Source of the DNA: an uncultured Nitrososphaerota archaeon
GTDB lineage: Archaea; Thermoproteota; Nitrososphaeria; Nitrososphaerales; Gagatemarchaeaceae
Reading direction: 5' to 3'
Length of the DNA: 64,000 bases
NCBI GenBank assembly: GCA_963718895.1
Contig: CAVRAG010000004.1
Coordinates: forward strand, 1 to 64,000
Under the pieces are notes generated by a model that had not been told where the DNA came from, searched no databases, and saw only the letters and a list, made by a program, of their open reading frames with translations. The position numbers and the translations under genes were made by a program. This document shows, piece after piece, positions 30,652 to 42,482 of this stretch; the stretch's first letter is position 1, and each line of letters begins with the position of its first letter.

Positions 30652-33162
30652 GTGAGGATTTCGCAGAGCGGCAAGGTCACTGCGATTGTCGTAGCTCTAG
30701 GACTCCTCTTCGTCATATATCTCCCTGCGCACTCTCACGCGGCGGTCTCGGCTGACCCCCTCTCTCTCGACTCGTCCGGCACTTCTGGGTGCAACGGTTG
30801 CATCCACCAGTCAATAGCGCTGCAGGTGACCCAGGGCGATCTCGTCGTCGTCCAAGCGGCCCTCAGTCCTCAGAGCGTGCTATCTCGCGGAGGAGGCTAC
30901 GCTGTCCTGACCTCCGTAACGAGCGCGTGGCCAGGGATGCCATTCCAGCAGAGATACTCATACCTCACAAAGCCTGGCGGAGGCGACGGCAGTATGGTGT
31001 GGGAAGATTACGCTGTTGCGCCGGTTTCCGGGACCGTCGTGATTACCGGGACCACCAACAGTTCAGAGGCAGCGTGGGACATGGTAGGATACAGCGTGAA
31101 GGGGGTAAACACCACCGCGCCCTTCGATTCCAATCCAGGGGTTCCGAACTATGAATTCAGCGATTGTAATCTCGTCGACGGCTGTTCTGTGACATTCTCG
31201 ACGACCAACACCAACGCATTTGTGGTTGTCGGGATTGGCGCTGAATCGTGCTCGACCGCAACCGCCCCCAGCAATTTCACGCTCATTGGGTCGACCTGCA
31301 GCTCCGCCTGGATAACAGACGCCGTCGCATATCACATCTACTCTTCGCCGCAGTCGAAGACGAACACGGGGAACTGGGTCCTAATCCCCGCTGAATCTGC
31401 GCTGTGGTTTGTCGATGCAATCCGGTCTTGCGTGGGCGCGTGTCCGGCGCCAACGTCCTCATTGGCGGTCATCCAGCCGATTTCAGTCGCCGTCAGCAAC
31501 TCGGCGCCGGATGCGAACATCACTGTCAATGGGTGCTCCTCCAGTCCTTCGACATTCGCCAGTGACGGCAAGCCGCACTCCGTAGTGATGGTTCCATCCT
31601 GCGCATTCACCCTGTCTTACTCGAACGAGGGCGAAATCCGGGACGGGTTCTCGGTCTCTGGATCGTTTACGGCGGCCTCGCCATCACAGACCTCGTGCCC
31701 GACCGCGACATGTCAACCAATCCAGCTGACAGCCTATGAGCAACTCCTGAACTCCTACGGCGCCAAACCAGTCGACCCTGGCGCGTGGGACGCCGCGCTC
31801 ACAATCCCCGTATCAGGGACACAACTGGGCGTGACGGCTCAGAAAGGATGCGCAATCTCAACGGCAAAGGAGGGAGGAGTCAACAGTTGCACGGCATGGT
31901 TCGACTATCACACGCAGGTCGATATCGCTAATCCAGTTGCGGTCTCGGGTACCGAGCAGTGGATTCAGCCGAGGGGAGCCAACTTCACTCAGACGACCGC
32001 GGGCAACCAGGACACCGTGAGCTTCACCGACCAGTTCCAGGTCAGCTTCTCGATCAACCCATCGGGTGTCGGAACCACTAATCCCTCTGGCTCGAAGGTT
32101 TGGGAAGACTATGGACCTCTATCGATAAGCGCGACCCCGAACACAGGGTATCTCTTCAACACCTGGTCGACCGATGTCGGAGGCATCTCGCTAGCCTCAC
32201 CAGGGAGAGCCTCTACGACAGCGACCATTCTCGGCCCAGGAACCATTACGGCGACATTCTCAGCTCCGGTGACCCAGCCCATAACCCTCGCTCTGGCAGA
32301 GCGGCAAGGCACGCCCGCCAACTTCACGCTCTCGGGTTGTTCGATCTCGCCCCTGTCTCTCCTCGGCGACGGCAAGTCGCACTCCTTTACCGCGCTCCCC
32401 TCTTGCCAAGTAACCATAACGGTCGCATCTGGTTCCTCGAGTGTCAGGTACGGTTTCGATGTGGCGGACGCCATCTCGGGCACAGTTTCCGTCATGACCT
32501 GTCCAGGGCAGACTTGCTCGGACTACTCGCCGACCTACTACGAGCAGATCAGCCAACAATTTGCGTATTCCGTCGTTGGAGGCGCTGCGCCCTATGTCAA
32601 GGCGCCAGTCCTCAATTACTCTGCGTTGGGATCGTCGACATCGTACACGGAGACTGGAAATCCTACAGCCCAGTGGCTCGACTTTGGAACATCCTGGTCA
32701 TTGACCAATCCACTTCCTGGTTCAGGCGGCTCGGAGAGGTGGTTCGCGTTCGCAGCGGCGTCGGGAACGGCCGCGACGGGGGGCGAGAACATCACGAGTT
32801 ATCAGCACCAGTATTCCGTGCTGATTGCAGCGACTCCGGCAGACTGCGGAAGCGCCTCACCTTCCGGCGTCAACTGGGAGAGTGCGGGGGACAACTTCCA
32901 GGTTACAGGGATAACGAATCCTAATTGTACTTTCTCTGCATGGGGAGCGACCGGAATCATCGCGATAGCCCAGCCAGACCAGCTCTTGACGACCGTATTC
33001 GCCGATTCCAACGGTACCCTGACCGCATCTTTCTCAAGAAACCCAGTGCCAGCGTTACCGGCAAGTACGCTCGTTCTAATCGCGGGGAGCGGAGCAACGG
33101 CGGCCGCCGTCGGGATAGTCGTCGTTGCAAGTAGGCGTGTTCGGTCGAAACGCGCGCGATAA
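30652..33162 (+). CDS. Membrane-anchored surface protein: repeat domain plus duplicated beta-sandwich/InlB-B-repeat-like modules
   Basis: Intact 836-aa ORF with signal peptide, internal duplication (GCS.SP....DGK.HS; ATP..GY.F..W), C-terminal TM and RRVRSKRAR tail. Confidence 0.85.
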   Translation: MRISQSGKVTAIVVALGLLFVIYLPAHSHAAVSADPLSLDSSGTSGCNGCIHQSIALQVTQGDLVVVQAALSPQSVLSRGGGYAVLTSVTSAWPGMPFQQRYSYLTKPGGGDGSMVWEDYAVAPVSGTVVITGTTNSSEAAWDMVGYSVKGVNTTAPFDSNPGVPNYEFSDCNLVDGCSVTFSTTNTNAFVVVGIGAESCSTATAPSNFTLIGSTCSSAWITDAVAYHIYSSPQSKTNTGNWVLIPAESALWFVDAIRSCVGACPAPTSSLAVIQPISVAVSNSAPDANITVNGCSSSPSTFASDGKPHSVVMVPSCAFTLSYSNEGEIRDGFSVSGSFTAASPSQTSCPTATCQPIQLTAYEQLLNSYGAKPVDPGAWDAALTIPVSGTQLGVTAQKGCAISTAKEGGVNSCTAWFDYHTQVDIANPVAVSGTEQWIQPRGANFTQTTAGNQDTVSFTDQFQVSFSINPSGVGTTNPSGSKVWEDYGPLSISATPNTGYLFNTWSTDVGGISLASPGRASTTATILGPGTITATFSAPVTQPITLALAERQGTPANFTLSGCSISPLSLLGDGKSHSFTALPSCQVTITVASGSSSVRYGFDVADAISGTVSVMTCPGQTCSDYSPTYYEQISQQFAYSVVGGAAPYVKAPVLNYSALGSSTSYTETGNPTAQWLDFGTSWSLTNPLPGSGGSERWFAFAAASGTAATGGENITSYQHQYSVLIAATPADCGSASPSGVNWESAGDNFQVTGITNPNCTFSAWGATGIIAIAQPDQLLTTVFADSNGTLTASFSRNPVPALPASTLVLIAGSGATAAAVGIVVVASRRVRSKRAR
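30765..31422 (+). repeat. Repeat domain, copy I (divergent)
   Basis: LDSSG...DLVVV...EDYA...GYSVKGVNTTAPFDSNP...FSTTNTNAFVVV...FTLI...WFVDAI. Confidence 0.7.
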
Positions 33163-33517
33163 CTAATGTTTAGGAAGGGATTTCAATTGGCGGCACTCAA
33201 GAGAATTCCGTAGTGTTCTTTGAGCCACTTCAGTCGGCCTTGTCTCTTGAGCTTCAAGGATGCCGCACATGGGAGCGACGAAGGCGTTCTGTGCTGCCAG
33301 AAGGTTATGGAATTGGCCGCGAAATGGAGGCAAGAGAACCCTGACTGAAGTTAGACCGCGGGGCATGCCCTTCAACGACTTCCAATGTTACAGGGTAATC
33401 GTCCGAGATGCACTGCACGGAGTCGGTTGTCAGGCGTTTCCCAAGAAGTGTGGTGCTCAGGTGGGAGATAGAACATGCGTCCGGCGGTTGCAAATGCGTT
33501 TCCAACTCCTTACTCAA

Positions 33518-34288
33518 TCACGAGTTGCTTCGGGCGCAAAAGAGTTGGAGATCGCTGTGATACGGTTCAACCTTCCCCTGATATCCCAACCCCTTCAAGA
33601 ACTCCAAGATGACCTCCCCGCTATCGCTGAACAATGGGTGAGCCTCGCCGACAATCTTTGGATGGAACCTCTCGAGGGTCCTAGTGGCACCTTTGAGGAC
33701 CTTGAGTTCGTATCCCTCTGTGTCTATCTTGATTAGATCGAGGTGAGAGAGATCTTCGCTTTTGAAGCAATCGTCCAACGTCTTTATCTCGGCGAACTGT
33801 TTCCCGATTAGAACCCTGTTCCCGTGACACGAAGGCATGAACGTAGTGTCGCCAGAACTGGCGTATATGGAGAGTTCCGCGTGCAGCATGGGTATGTCCC
33901 CGAGGGCCGCTCTTGCCGGCTTCACGTTTGTGAGTCCGTTCAGTCTGATGTTCTTCAGCAGGAGCTGGTAGTTTGACTCCAACGGTTCGAAGGACATAAT
34001 CCTTCCACTCTCGCCGACAAGGCGCGAAGCCCGCAGGGTGAAACATCCGATGTTGGCTCCAGCGTCGACGACGAATTCGCCTGGTCCAGGCTTGAAGAAT
34101 CTCTCATATGGCCTAGCCTCGAAAATCTCCTTCGAGACCCCAGAGTCGGACCCACTGGTCCGCATGGCGACTCGTGTCCCGTTCTCGAGGGAAGTGGTGT
34201 AGGTCGAAAAGAGATTCCGGCCTATGATCCTCACGTATTTCGTCTCCAAGAGAAAGCGCTGAATCCTCGTATCAGGTCTGGGTTTCAA
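33518..34288 (-). CDS. FkbM family methyltransferase
   Basis: VVDAGANIG, SFEP, LIKIDTEGYELKVLKGA. Confidence 0.93.
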   Translation of the reverse strand: MKPRPDTRIQRFLLETKYVRIIGRNLFSTYTTSLENGTRVAMRTSGSDSGVSKEIFEARPYERFFKPGPGEFVVDAGANIGCFTLRASRLVGESGRIMSFEPLESNYQLLLKNIRLNGLTNVKPARAALGDIPMLHAELSIYASSGDTTFMPSCHGNRVLIGKQFAEIKTLDDCFKSEDLSHLDLIKIDTEGYELKVLKGATRTLERFHPKIVGEAHPLFSDSGEVILEFLKGLGYQGKVEPYHSDLQLFCARSNS

Positions 34289-34516
34289 TTGGAATCACAG
34301 ACTCTGGACAATGAGCTATCAGAAATCGAATTGTGGCGCAATGTGGAGACGTGAACGCATCTCTGTATTTTAGCACTCCTGGAGGAATTCTACGAGGGCC
34401 TGCAGATTCTCCCCAACCGGGGAGCATGTTAATCGCCTTCTAAACGTAAATTGATAGTTCGTCTGCCCAAGGGCCTCCCGTTATCAAGTTCGTAGGTAGA
34501 AACATCTCTGGGGTGC

Positions 34517-35670
34517 CTACCTTGGCTGAAGTTCGACACTCCGTTGTAGTCTTGGGCTCGTTTTCGTCTTGCGTCCGGCAAATCGCTGAGTATCGGGAGT
34601 CTGAACTCTGAGAAGTATTGCAGTTATGATTCTTTCCGCCGCCTTGCCATCTCCATACGGATTGGTCCATTCCCTCTTCAACTTACTCATTCGTTTAGCG
34701 GAAAGCAGAATCTTATGTGGGTCTAATCCGGCTAGAACGTTGCATCCGATTCTAATGGTTTCTGGTCTTTCAGTGTTTTCGCGCAAAGTCACGCATGGAA
34801 CTTTCAGAATGCAAGCCTCCTCTTGGACTCCCCCTGAGTCGGTCAGTACCAATTCGGCGTTCTTCAACATCTTAAGGAAAGTTAGATAACCTACCGGTTC
34901 GATTAGCTTCAGTTCGTCTCCAATCGGGATGCCGAAGTCCGAAGCTTCTTCCGCGAGCGAGGGTGGATGGGCCAGATGACGGGTTTTCCCAGCCATTCCG
35001 CGACGATACGTAACCCATTCAACAGAAGCCGGAGCTTCTTCTCATCATCTACGTTTTCCTGACGATGGAGTGTTGCAAGTATATACTTGCCCTCACTCCA
35101 CACTCCGCGACTCTGAATTCCTTCAGATATGGCGAGGTTCTGCTTAACTGCATCGACTATTGTGTTACCGGTTACATGGATTCTTCGAGGGGAAATCCCT
35201 TCTCGAAGCAGATTCTGACGTGTTTCCTTAGTTGGAGCGAAAAGAAGATCCGACATGTGGTCAGTCAGCATTCTATTAATCTCCTCGGGCATCTCTCGAT
35301 CAAAGCTTCTAAGACCTGATTCAACGTGGCCGATCGCAATGTGGAGCTTGGCAGCCGTCAAAGCTGACGCGAGGACAGTATTCGTGTCACCTTGAACGAG
35401 AACAATACCGGGATTCTCGGTCAGGAATATCTTCTCTAGCCCAATAAGCATCTTTGCTGTCATCTCAGCATGGGTTCCAGAACCCGTACCGAGGTTGTAC
35501 TTTGGGAGTCTCAAGCCTAATTCTTTGAAGAAGATACCGTCCATATTCGATGAGTAGTGCTGACCGGTGTGTATCAAACAGAAGTCCAACTTGCGGTCTT
35601 GAGCTTGCCGGATTATCGCGGACATCTTGATAATCTCTGGCCGAGTGCCAACAACGATAGCGATCTTCAT
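34517..35670 (-). CDS. wecB: UDP-N-acetylglucosamine 2-epimerase (non-hydrolysing), one frameshift near 34950
   Basis: GTRPEIIK, HTGQHY, QGDTNT, HVESGLRS, PEEINR, TLHRQEN, TDSGGVQEEA, NPYGDG. Confidence 0.95.
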
Positions 35671-35688
35671 TTTTGCATCGGTCCTGCC

Positions 35689-36990
35689 TTACGACAGTAT
35701 GGCCTCATAGGCCGCTGTTATCTTCCCCACGGCTCCGGCCCAAGTGAATGAATCTATTGCTAACGTATGCTCCGCCATTGAGACTTGAGGCCCTGTGCCA
35801 CTTTCCTTGATCTTCCGAAAAGCAATCTTCAGCTCGGATACGGTACCATCGTGCAACAACACTGTCGGGCAGCGCTTGAGTTGTTCCCTAAACACACCCA
35901 AACCGTTTGCATTCACGATAATGGGTTTTCCCATCATGAGGGCTTCTGCGAAGGTAAGGTTGAAATTGGTCAGCTGTCCGTTTAGAACGATGACGTCGCA
36001 GGCAGCGAGGAACTCTGGAATGCGTGAGTGCTCAATGGGGCCTATGAATTTGATGCGCCGTTCGTTACGATGGCCCTTTACAAGAGCCAAAATCTCGCTG
36101 TAGTATCGAGAATCCCTGACTTCTCCTGCGACTAACAGATTATCACCGACTTCAGCCCAGTCAAGAAAGGATGCCACAACCTCGCGCACTCCCTTTGTGG
36201 GTTCAATTCTTCCTAGAATACCAAATACGACAGAATCCTCATTGATGCCTAAGCTCTCCCGAATTTCCGTTCCGGAAACGTGGATGGGATCAAACAACGT
36301 CGTGTCAACCCCAGAGAAGAACGAGGAAACTGACTTGATTCCCATTTTCTCGGCCTTAATTGCGGCGCCGGTCCCATCTTCGTGCATTAAGTACCAATCG
36401 TAGCTGAGGCAGTAGCAGAGTTTATCATAGCAGCGGTCCCGGGACCAACGCATCCAGAAAGTCCCAGGAAAGGTTACAACGATTGGCACCCGAGTGAGAA
36501 AGGCAACCGGATAAAGACTGACGGCCATTCTTGGGCTGAAGACATGCACCACATCGGGCTGTTCAGAACTCATTACGCGAAGAAGCCACTTCGAGGAACT
36601 CAACGCGAGGCAAGGCACGTAGCTATTGTTGACAAAGAACTGTGTAAGAAGAGCGAGTGGCTTGCCGACGCCCGACTTGTATCGCAGAATTCTGTCGACT
36701 AATCCCGCGAATCGCCATTCAATTCGTCGCACTGGCATCAACCGCGTCGCTCGTACGAAGTGCCTGAAGACGCGTAGGTTTCCGATACGTTCTTCCGATG
36801 GTAAATCTGACCTCGTAGTGAAGCACGCCACCACGACATCGATGTTATGACTGCCTAGTCGTTTCGATATCTCATCGACAAGAGTCTCGTATCCCCCGAC
36901 TTCTGGAAGAAAGCGATAGGCTACAACAAGGACCTTCATCCAGTCATAGGACTTCTCGCTTCGCTTTAAGTTTCTACCTACGTACGACAA
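35689..36990 (-). CDS. GT4 glycosyltransferase
   Basis: FLPEVGGYE, DVVHV, LGRIEPTKG, EALMMGKPII, FTW. Confidence 0.88.
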   Translation of the reverse strand: MSYVGRNLKRSEKSYDWMKVLVVAYRFLPEVGGYETLVDEISKRLGSHNIDVVVACFTTRSDLPSEERIGNLRVFRHFVRATRLMPVRRIEWRFAGLVDRILRYKSGVGKPLALLTQFFVNNSYVPCLALSSSKWLLRVMSSEQPDVVHVFSPRMAVSLYPVAFLTRVPIVVTFPGTFWMRWSRDRCYDKLCYCLSYDWYLMHEDGTGAAIKAEKMGIKSVSSFFSGVDTTLFDPIHVSGTEIRESLGINEDSVVFGILGRIEPTKGVREVVASFLDWAEVGDNLLVAGEVRDSRYYSEILALVKGHRNERRIKFIGPIEHSRIPEFLAACDVIVLNGQLTNFNLTFAEALMMGKPIIVNANGLGVFREQLKRCPTVLLHDGTVSELKIAFRKIKESGTGPQVSMAEHTLAIDSFTWAGAVGKITAAYEAILS

Positions 36991-37214
36991 TGCAGAGTCC
37001 TCTTGTTAATGAAGACAAGGATCATCACACCCCTCAAGGAATGAACATTATGATGACATGGAGAGGACCTAGAATTTGAAACGTGAGCACTCGACGAAGA
37101 AGATTTGATATTTTCGCGTGTAACCTCACGGGAGTGGGCGTCGGAATCCCAACACTTGGTGAGATAACGGCACTCATGGCCCGAGACTAGCTTGTTATGT
37201 AGAAAGGATTTATC

Positions 37215-37957
37215 TTGCCTGGCTGGTTGACGGGTTCGCAACTGATGGTGGACTACTCTGTCTGCATGCTCTGCTACAACTACGTGGAACGGTTGAGTGA
37301 GAGCCTTGATAGTATCCTCGGACTCTCAGAGTTCGCTTCAATCGAGGTCATAGTTGTCGATAACCAGAGCAGCGACGGGTCCCGGGAGGTCCTCTCCGAA
37401 TACCATCAGCGAGGACTGATAAAATGCATTGAAATGAAGTGCACGCGGGGGAAGGGCCGGCAAGTCGCCGTCGAAGCGAGCTCAGGCAGGTACGTGCTCG
37501 CTCATCTCGATTGCGACGACATCTTCCCGTTTCCGGCCTAAAAAGAGCTCCTAACGCTGTACCATAGGGACTATGAGGGGACGATGCTCGTGACGAAGAG
37601 GACCAAAGTCGACGAACGCTCAAACGTAACGATTGGGCCAAGGATGATTTGTTTCTAAGCCTGGGCTGGCGCGATATCAATTGGTTCGAGGATTGGGACC
37701 TCTGGAACAGGGCGAGGGCCGTAGGCAAGTACCAGTTCCTGCAATACCCCGAGTCCTTCTCACCCCACTTGGCCATCAAAGTCAGGATGTCCAGAAGAAG
37801 AAGACTCTTGAGTCGTAATGTGATGACTTTCGGCAGATACAGGGACATGTACCGAATCGGTAGGCCTGTCTTTCCCAAGGGCAATCCCCCTGTCGGTCAG
37901 CGTCTGCTATTCGATTTGGCTCGTGCAGATGTCTTTCTCAGACGCTCCAAGCTTTAA
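37215..37957 (+). CDS. GT2 glycosyltransferase (frameshifted)
   Basis: EVIVVDNQSSDGS, DCDD, EDWDLW. Confidence 0.85.
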
Positions 37958-38103
37958 GCCGGTCCCCGACCCCTCTTTTGACTCGAACAAGGCTTGATAG
38001 GTAAGTCAATCCTCTTCCAGCAATCTGGATAGCTTAGCCGGGCGTCTCCCGGCTAGGGTTTGCTCCGTCTTGCTCTCGGGCTGGCTGAGAGTTAATGGGC
38101 GGT

Positions 38104-41100
38104 TCAGGCACATGCTATTCCTTGCTCCACCTTCTCCCTCCGCCTAATTACCAAGAATACAAGCATCCCCGCCTCTGCGATGACAATCGCTACCTCGAAT
38201 ATCGTAATCACCGGCTGCTGTGGAAGGACCGCCGGAGGTGGCACAGGAGGAGTGTAGAAGACGAACCGCAGAGTGTCGACTCCGGTCGACTGGTACTTCA
38301 CGAAGAGGCTGTCGGTCTTTCCGTCAAAGTACCAACCCGACGTTGCAGTTGTAGAGTTGACCGGCTGACGATGCCTGCGGAAGACTCGTCCTGTCATTGA
38401 GGAGAATCTGACTTGCCGACTCGTTGGTCGAGATCATGACGAGGACCGACTGGTTGTACTTTCCGAGGACGGAGTAGAGCGATTGATCGGGGTAGGCAAA
38501 CTGCGTCTGCACAATCGCCGACGAGTAGCCGATCAGCGGTTCGCTCCTGGACACGACGACGACCCCAAAGGGCCTCCGCTGGCACCGTCGTCTGGATCCT
38601 CACGTCTGAGCCGGAACCGAGGGTCACATTGGGCCCCGGTATCTCGACGGCCTTCCAGGACGATGGTACCCCATAGTAGCTGCCGTTCAGGTCCAGCGTG
38701 AACGTCGAAGCCGAATTTCGAGGGTTATGTACCCACACGAGCAGCGGACTTCGTAGTCCCTTCGATGCTGTAGGTCCCCGTCGAAGAGGTTTGGGAATCT
38801 GTTGTCTCGTACCAGAACGGTGGCTGGACGCCGGCAGCGCTGGAGAGGATGTTCGACATGACCACCAATTGGTCACTCGTTTGGGGAACGACCGAGCTCC
38901 CAAAGCCCACGAAGACGACCTTCCCTAGCCCGAGGGCTCGGCCGAGATGAGCAGGTGGTCGACCGCGCTGTGAGCGACGTGTTGTGACGGTCTCTGGAAG
39001 GAATCGTTGGCATATCCTGTGTGCACGAGAGCGGTTTGAAGAAACGATGAAGCGTTCAGTACAGGTGCCGATGAGGCATTGGTCACTGCGACGGTTGGCA
39101 GCGCGCTCAGATTGGCGAACGCGGCGTCCGTCGTCACGAGTTCGCCCCCGTTCCGCACGTATCGGCTGAGCAGGCCCCGGCCGACGGGGAGATAGTTTCG
39201 TTGCTCGAGGAGACCCAGAGGATGGCTTTGAACGATGAAAGGTTGCTCTGAATCTGAAGGTTGGGGTTCGCGCCAGGTTGATGTAGGTCGCGTTGAAGAC
39301 GTTCGAAAGGAAGCCCGTCAGGTTTGCAGCAGATTGTCGCCGACGACGAGGACCTTGCTCGACGTGCTCGATCCGAAGGAACTCCCCACGTACGGGACGT
39401 AGTTGAGCTGGTTCGCCAAGTCCTGACGCCGCTGGAGGCACACTCTGCAGCAGGGAAGGGGGGCGTACGAGAACTGGCCGGCCCCCGAAGCGATTGCGCT
39501 CTCCTCTCCCTTCAGGAGTTCCTCGCAGGTCAACGTGGAGTTCGCCGTGGGAAGGACCACTATGTCTTCAGGTCGAGGCTGGTTCACGACGTTCGCCTGC
39601 GCGTTCCTGTAGAACTCGAAGCTCTTCCCGTGAAATTGGAGAGCCACTGTGTGAATGCTGAAGGTCGACAGCTCGGACGCCTGGACGTAGGCGTTCCATC
39701 CTCTGAGCGGCCCGCTGGAGACCGAGAAGTCATGGTTCGTGGATAGGTCTTGGCCAGGGTCTGATGTTATACTGTGGCGGCTGGACAGGTGGGTGCTTCC
39801 AGCAGGTACTCTGAGATCAGCGCCGTCGTGTTGCTGATGTCCTTCCAGGTGAGGCCGTTGTCATTTGAAACGACGGCGCTCGAGTTGACGGGCACGTCTG
39901 GGGCCGATTCAGGTAGAACAGAGAGATGACGTTGATAGTCTCCGCCAATTGGATGGATCACGATCCAGTACTCCTGACCCTTCTGCAGGTTGGCGACGGA
40001 GGAGAATTGGACGAACTCCGGACCATAGTCAAGGGTGATGTTGCCAGCATCGTACACTCCCGACCCAAGCGGGGAGACCGTGGGCTTGCCGTCCGCCCCG
40101 GTCGGGTTTATCGAGATGAGCACGTGCGGCCCGGGAATCAGCGGGCCGATGTAGATCCCCTCCACCGAGTAGTCGATGAGGCGACGAAGGGTTGGGCGAA
40201 GATGCTGTTCGCCGTCAAGCTGTTCGGACCTGAGCCTGCGACGAACGTCCCGAGGGTCTCCTTCGAGAGGGTGACGGTGAACGCGAACTCCGTGGGTCCT
40301 TCTGATGGATTGTTCCAAGAGGCTCCGCCGTTCCGGAGACGAGGACCAGAAACTCGAAGGGACTGGTCAATCGGCCAAAGGTGAACATCTGGGTGGAATT
40401 CGCGGAGAAGACGATCCAGTAGTCCTTTCCCGCGCGTTACTGCTGTGCTAAACCCTGAGATGTTGAGGAGGCCGTTTTGTGGGACATGCGTGCGCCGGGA
40501 CGTCGTTGCTGCAGAGCGGCTTCGGTGCCGACCCGTCCGGCTTGCTTCCCCAGATAGCGACCGAGAACGTCCCGGAAGTGTAGTTCTGGTTCGTCCCCTG
40601 GCGCTGGTCCATGAGGATCTGCACCGATTTCAGGGTTTCGTTGGCGCTGGGTGAGAACCTGACCGCATCCATGTAGCCGGTCGTGACCGCGTCGTTGCCG
40701 TTGCTCGTCATCCCACCCCAGTTCCGGAGGCCCTGAGCTCCAGTCGACATTGGCCAATTGAAAGAGCAGGGTCTGGCTCTGGTTCTGGAACCCTGCCTGT
40801 GGTGGGTTCGTGGTGACGTATCTCATCACAGGTCGTCCACGTGACGGATGGGTCGGTCACGGTGAGCAGGTACTCGTGGCCGGTCACGGTCGTCACGTTG
40901 CCGTTGAGGGCGATCGGAACCCAGTTCTCCAGGCCCTGCACGAGCGCCTGGCTCAGCAGCCCGGTCGCGACCACCTTGCCGCCATCCGTGGTGTCGGTGA
41001 TCGTTAGGGTCGCGTTCGCTGGATTGTACGCCCGGTCGGAGAGGAACAGGAACACGGTGTTGAAGGAGAATGCGTGGGTCGCGGTGAACGGCTGCGCAGG

Positions 41101-42418
41101 GGCGCCGACTGCGGCCTCTTGATAGGGGTAGATCGCAAGGTTCTCGCCAGCCTGGTTCTTGAGCCACAGTATTGTGGAACCGTGCTGCAGGCCCGGACCT
41201 ATCGCGGACTGCGCAGCGTACGCGGTCGCGTTGTTGATCGAGGTAGTCTTTCATGTAGAGGGTGTAGTAGTTGTTCTCGGTCGCTCGAAGGACTGGAGAA
41301 CTTGACCCAGTACCACCCCGCTGAGAAGTTCCCCTTGCCTGGACCCCGCTCTGCCAGCCGGTGGAGTTGGTGAAGGACGAGGCACTCGCGATTCGAGCTC
41401 GCAAGCTTCCTGCTGGAGTCCAGGCCGCCGTTCTTGTCTCCGAATATCGTCACGTTGAGGCTGCCCGGGTTGCCCACTTCATTGCCGTACCACCCCACCT
41501 GGAGCGTCGTCGTGTTCGAGGGAATCTCGAAGCGCATCTCCACGAAACTGGTCGCGCTTCCGCTTCCGTACACCTGGTAAGGCGTGGATGTCATCCACAA
41601 CTCCGGAGGACAGGACTATCGCAGGCTGCACGTTTCGATACTCGCTCCAGAGAGCGTCGAGCTTCCCGTTCGGAAGATAGCCGGTCCCGTTCACGTCGGC
41701 GTTGTAGTATGGCGAGTTGACGAAGCTGCTGATCGAGACGTTCGAGTACCCGATGATGGGCACCGATCCGCCCGTGAGCGTAGTACGGGTTGCTCTGAGA
41801 GGAGCCCGTCCCGAGACCGACCCAGCTGGGGTGCGTCCCGTAGTAGGAGTACAGCATGCCAAGGTCGCTCTCGAGGTAGCGGGCGACCTCCGGATTGTCC
41901 AGGGATACGAATGCCGCGCGGGTGCCGTTGGAGTAGTACGTGGCGACGGTGGGATCTATGCTGATAAGGCTGTCCACCCACGGGGACCCAAATCCTTCCG
42001 TGGTGAGCTGTCCCACGTAGAGCACGTTGCTGAGGCCCATCACGTCGCTGGCGGTAAACCAGTTGTTGACCCAGGTCTGATATGGCGGGCTGCCGGCCGT
42101 GAAGTTCTCCCAGCCGATGTCGAGCAGGACCTCCCTCACGTTCAGGGGGAGAAACGTCTTCTGTATCACCTTCTCAAAGGCGCTGACGCTGATGTTGCCA
42201 CCCGTCAAAGCCTCCAGGGAGCTCAGGGTCACCCTGTCGCCTGCCGCAAGTGTGGCGAAACCGTGGTCGGCATACTGAGAGGAATTTGCCGTGTTGGTCT
42301 GCGCCTGCGCGATGGAGACGAAGGGGCTGCGACGAGCAGGAGAAGTATCAGTGGCAGCGCGGCGCAGGACAGACTCAGAAGGTGACCTCTTTCCGCTTCT
42401 CAACCGCATTCTTCTCAT
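38104..42418 (-). CDS. Very large Sec-exported, C-terminally anchored protein, putatively glycoside-hydrolase-like (heavily frameshifted)
   Basis: Signal peptide; SLDNPEVARYL...LYSYYGTHPSWVG resembling a GH42-like barrel segment; repeated AQPF/YWIV beta modules; NGGELV and LGKVVF; TM plus RRREK tail. Confidence 0.6.
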
Positions 42419-42482
42419 CTCGAGGCGATTAGTCAAGAAGTCGGCTCGCCCGTGTCGCGATTCCGGAGACTGATGCATCGGG

